A stretch of 64,000 bases of DNA, taken from positions 896,001 to 960,000 of the forward strand of contig CAWCIZ010000003.1 in NCBI GenBank assembly GCA_963795855.1, written 5' to 3'. The DNA comes from Vulcanimicrobiota bacterium (GTDB taxonomy: Bacteria > Vulcanimicrobiota > Vulcanimicrobiia > Vulcanimicrobiales > Vulcanimicrobiaceae). Positions within the stretch are counted from its first letter, which is position 1. Every line of letters starts with the position of its first letter. Positions 52,830 to 62,385 of this stretch are shown piece after piece. The translations under genes were made by a program, and so were the position numbers. The notes beneath the pieces are model-generated. The model ran no database searches. It was not told the origin of the DNA and saw only the letters and a list, made by a program, of their open reading frames with translations.

Positions 52830-54389
52830 ATGCAAAGCATAATTGCGGTAACGGGTACGCAGGCTGCAGAACTGCTGGAAGGCGCACTGGAGGCGGATCG
52901 CCGGGCAAGGCGTGACGATGCTCTGGAGCTGCTGGCAGGCTGCGCGGAGTGGCCCGCACCATACAACGAGCAAGGACTGGTACTACGCGCCGACGTGCTG
53001 ACCGCGCGCGACGCCATCACCGGCCTTCAAGAACTAGCCGCACACGCGGATGCGTTCACCTCGCCGGACGGGCGGGTGGCATACCTGATTGCGTCGGCAC
53101 GCGCCTACATGAAAGCGCGCAACTTCGATGCCGCGGAAGCGATGCTGGATAGCGCGCAGGGCGGACTCGAAGCCGCAAAGGGCGAGCGCCGTCACGAACT
53201 CGCATACGCTCGTGCGCGTCTGCAGTGGAATCGCCGCGAATACGATCCGCAAAGCGAGCACCTCGCATTAGCGCTGCGCTCGGCGGACCCCGCGATTCGC
53301 ATGAATTCCCTGAACCTGCGCGGTTGGATGCATGCAGGTCTGGAAGACTATCGTTCGCAGTTGCGCGATCTGCTCGGCTGCCTCGAAATCTTCAAGGAAC
53401 ACGGTCATCTTTGCGGTCTGGCCAGCGTCGCGACGTCGCTGCAGACGGCATCGGTAGCCGGTTGGGAACTGCACGACCCGGATGCAATGCGTCAAGCCGA
53501 AGCGGCGTTCGACGCGATTGCGTGGACGCCGGACATCCAAGTCCACCGGTTCCTGTGTCTGCGCTCGCTGGCGTGGCACGCGTTCCTAGCGGGCGACTCG
53601 GCTCGCGCGCAGTGGCTCTTCAAAGACTCCAAGGACGACGCGCCGACGCCGGCGTGGAAGGTCATGGCGCACGTCGATCGGGCTTATGTTGCGCGCATCA
53701 ACCGCAACGAAGCGTGGGCGGCGGAAGAGCTGCACGAGGCGCACGGCCTGGCGCGCAAAGTCGAGTGGCATGCGACTCGCGACGAAGAACGCATGGCGCT
53801 CATAACCCTGGCGGTGCTCTTCGCACCGATCGACCTGGGACACGCCCAGCGCTACGTTTCGACCTACATCGAATTGGGCGCCGGCAACCTGAACTCCAGC
53901 GTCGAAGCCTCGCACGAACCACGCCGGAACACCGCGCATCAGAAGTATGCTGCGGGCCGCGTTCAGGCGATGCTCGGCAACAAAGCCCTCGCGATTCGGG
54001 CACTCGAGGAAGCGTACGAGATCTTCACCCAGATCGACCACGACTTCCGCGCGGCGGTCGTCTCGCAAGCGCTTAGCGAACTCACCGGTGATGCCAGATG
54101 GCTGGACAACGCTCGCGTCCACGCGGCGAAGTTCCCGAAGAGCGCGCTGGCTCAACGGTTGAATCAGCACGACGAGCGCAAGGAAGGACCGGAACTCCAA
54201 GGCTTGACGCCGACGCAGCGACAGATTGCGATCGCGCACTGCCAAGGCTTGGATAACGCGGAACTTTCGCGGCGCTTCAGCCGGAGCACGTTCACCATCG
54301 AAAAACAACTCGAAGAGATCTATGCCGCCTTCGGCGTGCGATCGCGCGCCACGCTGCGCGACGAATTGCATCGCCGGGGCATCCTGTGA
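52830..54389 (+). CDS. TPR-like + C-terminal LuxR HTH transcriptional regulator
   Basis: Helical repeats; LTPTQRQIA...ELSRRFSRSTFTIEKQLEEIYAAFGVRSRATL; paralog of 37582..39103. Confidence 0.85.
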   Translation: MQSIIAVTGTQAAELLEGALEADRRARRDDALELLAGCAEWPAPYNEQGLVLRADVLTARDAITGLQELAAHADAFTSPDGRVAYLIASARAYMKARNFDAAEAMLDSAQGGLEAAKGERRHELAYARARLQWNRREYDPQSEHLALALRSADPAIRMNSLNLRGWMHAGLEDYRSQLRDLLGCLEIFKEHGHLCGLASVATSLQTASVAGWELHDPDAMRQAEAAFDAIAWTPDIQVHRFLCLRSLAWHAFLAGDSARAQWLFKDSKDDAPTPAWKVMAHVDRAYVARINRNEAWAAEELHEAHGLARKVEWHATRDEERMALITLAVLFAPIDLGHAQRYVSTYIELGAGNLNSSVEASHEPRRNTAHQKYAAGRVQAMLGNKALAIRALEEAYEIFTQIDHDFRAAVVSQALSELTGDARWLDNARVHAAKFPKSALAQRLNQHDERKEGPELQGLTPTQRQIAIAHCQGLDNAELSRRFSRSTFTIEKQLEEIYAAFGVRSRATLRDELHRRGIL

Positions 54390-56513
54390 CGCCGCTGCTT
54401 GCAGCACTCGCCGGAGCGGTACTAGCACTCCTCGTGGCGGGCGCCGTCGCGGTCTTTGACCGCCGGCGCTCGCTGCGGGCGCTCGTCGAAAAGCGCTACA
54501 GCGTTCTCGAAAGCATTCCGGACGCTTTTCTCATCGTCGATCGCGAGTTTCGATTCACGCACGCAAACGAGCGCGCTGAAGATCTCTTCGGCCGCAGCGC
54601 GGGCGAACTGGTTGGGTATCGCGTCGAAGACATTCTCGACCCGCTCGCATCGGAGCTGCTGCCCGAGATGCGCCGCGCCGCCGAAGCGGGACGCCCGATC
54701 GAGCGACTACAGTATTTTCCGGCGACGAGCCGCTGGATCGAGATCTGCATGCAGCCGGCGCGCGACGAAGTGCTCGTGTATCTGCGCGACATTTCGGAGC
54801 GTAAGAAAGCCGAACTCAGCGCGCTGGACAAAGAACGGCGTCTGCGTTTGCTGCTCTCGCAAATTCCGGCGGTGCTCTTCACCGTCGATCTCGACATGAA
54901 CATCACGTCGGTCGCGGGCGCCGCGCTTAGTCAACAAGATCTTTCGGAAGATAAACTGGTCGGCGCACCGTTCGACGCGCTGCTCGCCGGCCACGAACAA
55001 CGCCTCGCATCGGTGTCGGCGGTGCGACGCGTACTGGCGGGGGAGGCCGTTTCCTACGAAACGCAACTGCGCGATCGCTGGCTGCAGAACGACGTCGAAC
55101 CGCTTCGCGACGCACAGGGGAGCGTCGTGGGCGCCATCGGCGTTATGCTGGACGTCACGGAAGTCCGCTCGAGTGCGGAGCGCTTCGCGCAGCTCGCCCG
55201 TCAAGATGTGATGACGGGGCTGCCCAATCGGCTCGCGCTGGAAGAGCGTCTGCCGGAGCAGGCTCGACCACGCGCTGCAAAATCACGAGTCGGTCGCGGT
55301 GCTCTTCGTCGACCTCGACCGCTTCAAGACGATCAACGACACGCTCGGGCATCGCGTCGGCGACGATCTGCTGCGCGCCGTTTCAAGCCGCATGCAGACG
55401 CGCATCGACAATCGCGCGACGATTTACCGGCCTGGCGGCGACGAGTTCGTCATCGTCATCGACGGAATCAAACACAAACGCACGGTCGCGGCCATTTCGA
55501 TGGAAGTGCTGCAGGCGTTCGCCGAACCGTTCGACGTCGAAGGCCGCGAGCTGTTCGTCACCGCGAGCCTTGGAGCGAGCATCTTTCCGCAAAATGCGCA
55601 GACCGCGGACGAACTCATCGCATACGCCGACTCGGCGATGTATCGCGCCAAAGAGTCCGGGCGGAACAACGCGAAATTTTACGATGGAACCATGCACGCG
55701 CACGTGCTCGAACGCATGGGCTTGGAGCAGGATCTGCGGCAGGCGCATTTGCGCGGCGAGCTGCGGCTGCTGTATCAGCCGATCGTCGACATGGCTTCGC
55801 GGCGCATCGTCGGCGCGGAAGCGCTGCTGCGCTGGCAGCATCCGCTGCTCGGCGAACTCTCGCCGCAGACATTCGTGCCGATCGCCGAAGAAACGGGCGT
55901 CATCGTCGAGATCAGCCGCTGGGTGCTGCGCGAAGCTTGCGCGAACGCGGCGCGGATGCGGCGCGAGGGAGCCTCGGATTTCCGAATCAGCGTGAACCTT
56001 TCGCCACGCGATTTCTACGAACAGGATCTCGCCGCCACGCTCGCCGCCGTGCTTGCGGAAACCGGTTTGCCGGCGGACGCGCTGGATTTGGAAGTCACCG
56101 AGAACGTGGTGCTCAACGACATGGCGCTCGAGACGCTGCAGCGGATCGCGAACATGCACGTCAACGTCGTCGTCGACGACTTCGGCACCGGCTACAGCTC
56201 GCTGCACTACATCAAGCGTTTGCCGGTCAAGGCGATCAAAATCGATAAGAGCTTCATCGACGACGTCGCGATGGATCCGTACGATCAAGGCATCGTCAAA
56301 GCCATTACGACGCTGGGCAATACGCTCAACCTGCGCATCATCGCCGAAGGCATCGAGTCGGAATCGCAGTACGAGTTCTTACGCTCGCTCAAATGCGAGC
56401 ACGCGCAGGGCTATTTCTTCTATCGCCCGCAGACGTGGAGCGCGCTCGTCACGATTTTGCAGCGTAGCGGTGAGGTGAGTACCGGCGCGCGCGTGATTCC
56501 GCTGTACGGCTAG
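54386..56513 (+). CDS. TM-PAS-PAS-GGDEF-EAL diguanylate cyclase/phosphodiesterase (frameshift near 55261)
   Basis: DVMTGLPNR, DLDRFKTIND, GGDEF, EALLRW, DDFGTGYSS; GTGA coupling to the regulator. Confidence 0.93.
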
Positions 56514-57915
56514 GACGCAAGACCGTTACGTCGCCGAATCGGCACACGACGGCGAGCCGTCCTCGCCGGCGGGCTGCGACGACCCGCGGTAACAAGGTAA
56601 GTTCGAAAACGCGATTGCGCCACTCGCCGGCATACACCAGGTAACCGTCGAACGACGCGGGCTCCTCGAGATTGGTCGCGTTGGGATACGCCAACGCCAT
56701 GTGGGCGAACCACTCGTCGTGCGTCATGACGGGCGCTCCGTGCGGGACGCATTCGAATGCGCGCGCAACGAGATTCGGATTTTGCTCGTGCGCCGGCGCG
56801 AGGTAATGCGCCGGGTGCATCGGATTGAAGGCGACGAGCACGACCGTGCAAAGCGCAACCGCGGCGACCCACCAGCGCTCCGCTTTGCCGCGCTGCAAAA
56901 CGGCGATACGAACGAGCGCCCAAGCGGCGCCGAGCAAAAGCCACGGCGCCCACAGCAGTTCGTAGTGGAATCCCATTCGCCAAACGAGCGAATCGCTCGC
57001 GAGCAGCACGCCTACCAAACCTGGAGCCGCAAGCCACGTCCAGCGAGTCAACAGCGGAAGAAACGCCAGCGGCGCAAACGCTTCGAGCAGGTACGTCAGG
57101 CGGCCCAACGTGAGAACCGACGATCCGATCGCGAGCGGATGCGTAAAGACCGCAGCCGCCGTTTGAATCGGGCCGTTCGCGAACGGATAGCGGTACAAGT
57201 GCGCCGGCGCCCACCCGCCCACGCGCGGCACGACGACGAGTGCATAGAAAAGCAGCGCAGCCGCGCAAAGTCCGGCAAGTCCGAACCCCGCGGCACACAA
57301 GTGCAGCGGTTCGCGCGGCTCACCGAGCAGCAAGCCCTGCTGCGAGCTTTGCCGCCGCTTCACGACGCCGATCGTGCCGAGTGCAGCTCCGGCGACGAAC
57401 ATATCGACGCTCACGTCCTCGCGAATGAGCGCCAGCGCAAACGCGCACAGCGCAAACCAGCCCCAGCGCGCGCGATCCGCAGACCAAAAAAGCGCCAGAG
57501 CGAGCACGGGGTAGAACGCGAGCTCGTGAAACTCTTCGAACGCAGCGGACAGAAGCGGCGGATAAACGAGCGCGAGAACTGCGGCGCGCGCCGCCCATGC
57601 GTCGCCCGCGTACGATCGCACGATCGCGGCGAGCGGAAGTGCCGTCGCGCAAATCAGCAGCACTTGCACGATCTGAAGCGAGAACGGCGAGCGCGTCAGC
57701 GCGACGACCGGCCAGAGCACCGCCACAATCGGCGACCAGTGGAAGTGAAAGTGCGAACCGTGCTCCGGTCCGTCGCGGAACGCCGAGAACGCGTTCAGCG
57801 CGATCTGCGCGAACGTTCCGGTGTCCGTCCCGTACGTCCACACGTTCCAGCGCACAACCGCGAGCGCCGTCATCAAGAGTACGGCCAGCGCGACGGCGGC
57901 GAGCGGACGGCGCAT
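56449..57915 (-). CDS. DUF2079-like multi-pass membrane protein (GT-C-like)
   Basis: DTGTFAQ, HFHFHWSPI, EFHE, IRED; many TM segments. Confidence 0.75.
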   Translation of the reverse strand: MRRPLAAVALAVLLMTALAVVRWNVWTYGTDTGTFAQIALNAFSAFRDGPEHGSHFHFHWSPIVAVLWPVVALTRSPFSLQIVQVLLICATALPLAAIVRSYAGDAWAARAAVLALVYPPLLSAAFEEFHELAFYPVLALALFWSADRARWGWFALCAFALALIREDVSVDMFVAGAALGTIGVVKRRQSSQQGLLLGEPREPLHLCAAGFGLAGLCAAALLFYALVVVPRVGGWAPAHLYRYPFANGPIQTAAAVFTHPLAIGSSVLTLGRLTYLLEAFAPLAFLPLLTRWTWLAAPGLVGVLLASDSLVWRMGFHYELLWAPWLLLGAAWALVRIAVLQRGKAERWWVAAVALCTVVLVAFNPMHPAHYLAPAHEQNPNLVARAFECVPHGAPVMTHDEWFAHMALAYPNATNLEEPASFDGYLVYAGEWRNRVFELTLLPRVVAARRRGRLAVVCRFGDVTVLRPSRTAESRARRYSPHRYAAKS

Positions 57916-57980
57916 AGCAGCCTATTCGCCGCCCGGCAGGTGGGTCATCCGCCGCCCCGAACCTATGCGGGTCCATTTGC

Positions 57981-58056
57981 GCCGACGTAGCTCAGTTGGT
58001 AGAGCAGCTGATTCGTAATCAGCAGGTCAGCGGTTCGAGTCCGCTCGTCGGCTCCA
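57981..58056 (+). tRNA. tRNA-Thr (anticodon CGT)
   Basis: 76-nt cloverleaf: acceptor GCCGACG/CGTCGGC, anticodon arm GCTGA-TTCGTAA-TCAGC, GGTTCGAGTCC T-arm, encoded CCA. Confidence 0.98.
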
Positions 58057-58063
58057 TTTGCAT

Positions 58064-59221
58064 ATGAAGGTCCCCATCGCGCTTTTGATCGCGCTGGCTT
58101 TTCCGGCCGGCGCGGCGCATACTGCACGGCTCGACGATCTCGCGGGAATCATCGTCGTTCCGACGATCGTAAACGGCAGGGGTCCGTTCCATTTCGTGCT
58201 CGACACGGGTGCCGGCGCGATGGTCGTCACGCCGCAACTCGCGAAAACGCTGGGGCTGCGTCCGGGCGGTACCAACACGGCAACCGGAATGGGCGCGAAG
58301 ACGGTGACCGTCCAAGACGTTGAATTGAACAGCGTCTCCGTCGCGGGCGCGACCCAGCCGAATGTTCGCGCCGTCGTCATTCCATTGCCGCCGGGCCTGA
58401 CCTACCAGGGATCGTATGGAACGATCGACGGAATCGTCGGCTATACGTTCTTGCGGCATTACGCCGTAACGCTCGACGTCGCGGGGGGCCGCGCAACGCT
58501 GACGCCGAGCGCGAATTTTACCGCGCCGGCCGGAATTCGTGCCATACCCTTCACGTACGCCGAACGCGGAATTCCGGCGATACGCGCAAGCGTCGAAGGC
58601 GCGACCGGCCGTTTTGAGGTCGACAGCGGCAACAACGGGGACGTCATTCTAACGCGAGAGTTTGCGCAACGCCACGGCGTCGCGCGCCGGTATGCGAACC
58701 GCCGAATTGCGGAATACCAAGGCGTCGGCGGAAGAGTGACGGCGCAACGCGTTCGCCTCGAGCGCATGACGGTGGACGCGAACACCATGCATTCCGTGGC
58801 GGCGACGATTTCCGATTCCAGTCTGCTAAAGCATGACCGACTCGACGGCAACATCGGATACGGAATTCTTCGTCAAGTCGTCATCACGCTCGACTATCCG
58901 CGTGCGCGCGCCTATTTCCAACCAGGGCGACGCTTCGACGCGTACGCCGCAACGTTGGGTACCGGCTTGGTGTGCGACCGGACTGCGGACGGTCGGTTTG
59001 AAGTTCTGCGGGTGCTGCCGCAGACGCCCGCTGCGCGCTCCGGCGTGAAAAGCGGCGATGTGATCGTTGCGATCAATGGCCGCAAGAGCGAAGCGCTGAG
59101 CAACGCCGGCTACGCCGCGCAAGTCGGAAGACCGAGTGTGAGATACACGCTTCTGCGCGCCGGCGTTCAACGCACCGTGACCGTGAGGTCGGTTGACTTG
59201 CTTCCGCCTGTAACTCGCTAG
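58064..59221 (+). CDS. secreted aspartyl protease (two retropepsin-like domains) + PDZ
   Basis: FVLDTGA...DGIVG; FEVDSGN...DGNIG; TPAARSGVKSGDVIVAING. Confidence 0.88.
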   Translation: MKVPIALLIALAFPAGAAHTARLDDLAGIIVVPTIVNGRGPFHFVLDTGAGAMVVTPQLAKTLGLRPGGTNTATGMGAKTVTVQDVELNSVSVAGATQPNVRAVVIPLPPGLTYQGSYGTIDGIVGYTFLRHYAVTLDVAGGRATLTPSANFTAPAGIRAIPFTYAERGIPAIRASVEGATGRFEVDSGNNGDVILTREFAQRHGVARRYANRRIAEYQGVGGRVTAQRVRLERMTVDANTMHSVAATISDSSLLKHDRLDGNIGYGILRQVVITLDYPRARAYFQPGRRFDAYAATLGTGLVCDRTADGRFEVLRVLPQTPAARSGVKSGDVIVAINGRKSEALSNAGYAAQVGRPSVRYTLLRAGVQRTVTVRSVDLLPPVTR

Positions 59222-59306
59222 CCGCTAACGCGCCGTGATCGTCGGGTAGCATACCGACGAAGAGAAAAGCTTAGTAGTAACTGCGAAACGGGTACTCTTC
59301 CAGCGT

Positions 59307-59951
59307 ATGTCCGACACGCTCTTCCGCATCACCGTAGCAAGGTTCGACGGCAAATTTACACGCGACATGCGCGAGCATGTGGAAGAAACGCTCAAACGCG
59401 CTCGCGGAACTGACGTACTCGTCATCGATCTCAATAATGCGGATTTTGAAGACGCGTCTTCGCTGCGGTTCGTTCGGGACGACTACTGCACGCAAGTCAC
59501 GAAGCCGCAAGTGCGAATTCTAAACGGCGGCGATGCGTTGAAGTGCGGCCGCATCTCCGAAAGGGATCGCGAACGCGTGCAAATGCTGTCCGGTACGCGC
59601 TGTTTGTGCCCCGGCAACATCCCCGGCGTTTTTTGGGAAGACGTCGTGCTTCATGCCGCCGACGTTCGCGCTGCGAGCACGAGCGACGGCAAGCAGCGTC
59701 TCACTGAGTTGGTGCCGGCAATCGACGCAAACGTGCGTTTGTTGCTCCCCTCAGCACGCGCCGAGCACGACGGCGAATCGTTATGGCAATGGAAGAACGA
59801 GAGCCGGCACGTTCAAATTCAACCAGGCGCGGCTGCCGGCGTCGTCGAGATCTTCGAGGATGGCTCGTACGTCGCCGTTCGCTCAATGAGTATTCGCGAC
59901 TCGACGCCGCGCGAGATTGCGATGGGTATCGTGGAGTTTTTAACCGCGTAA
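59307..59951 (+). CDS. hypothetical protein, N-terminus weakly STAS-like
   Basis: VLVIDLNNADFEDASSL resembles the STAS motif V.IDL..V.F.DSS.L. Confidence 0.55.
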   Translation: MSDTLFRITVARFDGKFTRDMREHVEETLKRARGTDVLVIDLNNADFEDASSLRFVRDDYCTQVTKPQVRILNGGDALKCGRISERDRERVQMLSGTRCLCPGNIPGVFWEDVVLHAADVRAASTSDGKQRLTELVPAIDANVRLLLPSARAEHDGESLWQWKNESRHVQIQPGAAAGVVEIFEDGSYVAVRSMSIRDSTPREIAMGIVEFLTA

Positions 59952-60332
59952 CGCGCCGGGTTTGGCGTCTGCAAAGAGCGGTGCGAGCGCAGGCCGGTAC
60001 TGCAGGCACACGATGATCCACAGAACGAGAACGACAATCGGTGCCGGTAACGCGCTTTGCGCCATCGTCAAGTGAAACGCGAAGTCGTTGTAGAGAAATG
60101 CCGCGAGCATGAACAGCGCGAGCGGAACGTAGCGGTTCAGCAGCAGCAGCACGCCGAAAACGAGTTGCGCGGCGCCGACGAACATCGACCAGTGCGAATG
60201 CACGAACGCATCGTTGAACGTTCCGGCAAGCCCGGGAAGCGGCGGCGGGTTGGTGATGATGAACGAGAGGATGCCGGCAAACGTGAAGACGAGTCCGAGC
60301 AAGATCCGGGCGATGGTAGCAACGATTCTCAT
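59940..60332 (-). CDS. DoxX family membrane protein
   Basis: ARILLGLVF, GVLLLLNRYVPLAL, AFH; SD AGGAGG. Confidence 0.8.
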   Translation of the reverse strand: MRIVATIARILLGLVFTFAGILSFIITNPPPLPGLAGTFNDAFVHSHWSMFVGAAQLVFGVLLLLNRYVPLALFMLAAFLYNDFAFHLTMAQSALPAPIVVLVLWIIVCLQYRPALAPLFADAKPGALRG

Positions 60333-60355
60333 GGCGGTCCCTCCTTTTCGTTAGG

Positions 60356-60384
60356 ACGTCGAACCGCGTTCGTCAAAATCGACA
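60356..60384 (-). promoter_or_regulatory. ECF promoter TGTCGA-N14-GTTCGACGT (copy upstream of DoxX)
   Basis: Same boxes and spacing as the copy at 62386-62414. Confidence 0.7.
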
Positions 60385-61616
60385 CGCTGCGGCGCGCCGC
60401 AGCAGTAAATTCTTGTCGCGAGCGTTTTGTGCGAGCGCCGCCGCGCGTTCGAACTCCTCGCCGGCCTCGTGCAAGCGGCCGAGCTTCTGCAGCAAATCTG
60501 CGCGCACGCTGGGCAGCAGGTGATACGACTTGAGCGCGGGCTCCTCGAGCAGGACATCCGCGATTTCGAGTCCCGCGGCAGGGCCGAATGCCATGCCGAC
60601 CGCCACCGCGCGATTTCAGCTCGATGACCGGCGAAGGCGCGATCTCGGCGAGTGCGTCGTAGAGCGCGGCAATCCCGTGCCAGTCCGTCTGGTCGGGCAT
60701 CGCAGCCCTCGCGTGACACGCTGCAATCGCGGCCTGCAGCGCGTACGGCCCCAGCGCTGCGCGCAGCTTGCGCGCGCGAGCCAGCGCGTCGAGTCCCCGG
60801 CCGATCAGCAGCCGGTTCCATTTCCCGCGATCTTGATCGAGCAGTAAGATCGGCTCTCCCGACGGTGCGACTCGCGCGCGCATGCGCGATGCCTGCAGTT
60901 CCATGAGCGCGACCAGGCCGTGCACTTCAGATTCGTCCGGTACGAGTTCGGCAAGCACGCGGCCAACGCGCAGCGCATCCTCGACGAGTTCGGGGCGAAG
61001 CACGTCGTCGCCGGCACTGGCAGCGTAGCCTTCGTTGAAAATCAGATAGATGGCTTCGAGTACCGCCTCCAGCCGCTCCGCGCGCTCCGGACCGGCGGGC
61101 ACTTCGAGCGGTACGCGCGCTTCCGTAAGCGTGCGCTTTGCGCGCACGATGCGCTGCGCGATCGTCGCCTCGGACGTTAAGAACGCGCGCGCGATTTCCG
61201 TCGTGCTCAGCCCGCCGATCAGACGCAGCGTCAGTGCGACGCGCGCCTGCGTCGATAGCACGGGATGGCACGCGGCAAACATCAGTCGCAGCATGTCGTC
61301 GTTGATTTCTTCGAACACGGTCTCGTATTCCGAACCCGCCTCTTGCGTTTCCATGTCGCGCCCCAGTTCGTCCGCCTTGCGTTCGAGCGTTTTGTCGCGA
61401 CGGATGGAATCGATTGCGCGGCGTTTTGCGGCGGTCGTCAGCCACGCGCCTGGATTGCGCGGGATGCCTTCCTGCGGCCACTGCGAGAGCGCCGCGACGA
61501 AAGCATCCTGCGCAAGATCTTCGGCTCTGCCGACGTCGCGCACGATACGCGTGAGGCCGGCGATCAGTTTGGGCGATTCGATGCGCCAGATCGCATCGAG
61601 CGTGTCTTTAAACAGA
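60373..61616 (-). CDS. ECF sigma factor with C-terminal TPR extension (DUF6596-like; indel near 60615, start unresolved)
   Basis: AEDLAQDA, PRNPGAWL, DDMLRLMFAACHP, EATIAQRIVRAK, YLIFNEGY, GPYALQAAIAA. Confidence 0.9.
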
Positions 61617-61946
61617 GCTCACTTCATGGATCTCGCAGGTCGCGTCGCCGACGAGATCGAGAAACCGGCGAATCCACTCGAGCGCTTCATCGCGATTCGA
61701 GACTTCGAACAACGCGAAGCCGCCGACGAGTTCCTTCGACTCGGTGAAAGGCCCGTCGGTGACGGTGTCTTTCCCGTTCTTGCGCGCCACTTTGAATTCG
61801 ACGGATCCCGGGATCACGCCGCCCGTGTCGACCAGTACGCCTTGGGCTTTCATCTCGCCGATGAGCGCGCCCATTTTTTCGAAGTCTTCCTGCTGGGGCT
61901 GCTTCATCGTCGCCGGATTGTGCGTCAAGATCGAGAGCAGCCTCAT
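61608..61946 (-). CDS. YciI/DGPF family protein
   Basis: TDGPFTESKELVGGF. Confidence 0.9.
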   Translation of the reverse strand: MRLLSILTHNPATMKQPQQEDFEKMGALIGEMKAQGVLVDTGGVIPGSVEFKVARKNGKDTVTDGPFTESKELVGGFALFEVSNRDEALEWIRRFLDLVGDATCEIHEVSSV

Positions 61947-62353
61947 TGCGCGCTTCCCCGTAAGCGTTGCTCCTGTTCGCGAATTTCGGGCGCGAGCTCC
62001 TCGCCGAAGTCCTCGGCTTCGAAGATCTGGCGGATTTCGATCTCGTCGCCGTCCTGCATCGGTACGTGCGAGAACCGCGCGATGACCTCTTCCTTCGACT
62101 TTGCCTGAACGATCCAAAAGCCGGCGATCAGCTCCTTCGTCTCCGCGAACGGGCCATCGATAACGGTGGCCTTTCCGCCGCTGAATTTCATACGCGCGCC
62201 TTTGGACGAGGCCTGGAGCCCTTCACCGGCGAGCATGACGCCCGCTTTGATGAGTTCTTCGTTGAAACGGCCCATTGGGGCCAGCTGTTCGGCGGTCGGA
62301 ATCGCTCCGGATTCACTCTCTTTGGTGGCTTTGACGAGAACCGCGAATCTCAT
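61943..62353 (-). CDS. YciI/DGPF family protein
   Basis: IDGPFAETKELIAGFW; SD AAGGAG. Confidence 0.92.
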   Translation of the reverse strand: MRFAVLVKATKESESGAIPTAEQLAPMGRFNEELIKAGVMLAGEGLQASSKGARMKFSGGKATVIDGPFAETKELIAGFWIVQAKSKEEVIARFSHVPMQDGDEIEIRQIFEAEDFGEELAPEIREQEQRLRGSAQ

Positions 62354-62385
62354 GACGTCTCTCCTTCGTGTCGTGTTCTACCGGT

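Noticed and set aside
3716..61616. Mass pseudogenisation or programmed frameshifting
   Set aside because: Single-base indels hit essential dnaB, both halves of each gene remain intact, no slippery heptamers are evident, and sites cluster at AGCT or homopolymers; sequencing error is the simpler explanation
61560..61946. YciI-sigma factor fusion or readthrough
   Set aside because: The sigma start is unresolved next to a GAGCTC site and a T/A run; an assembly indel cannot be excluded, so no claim is made
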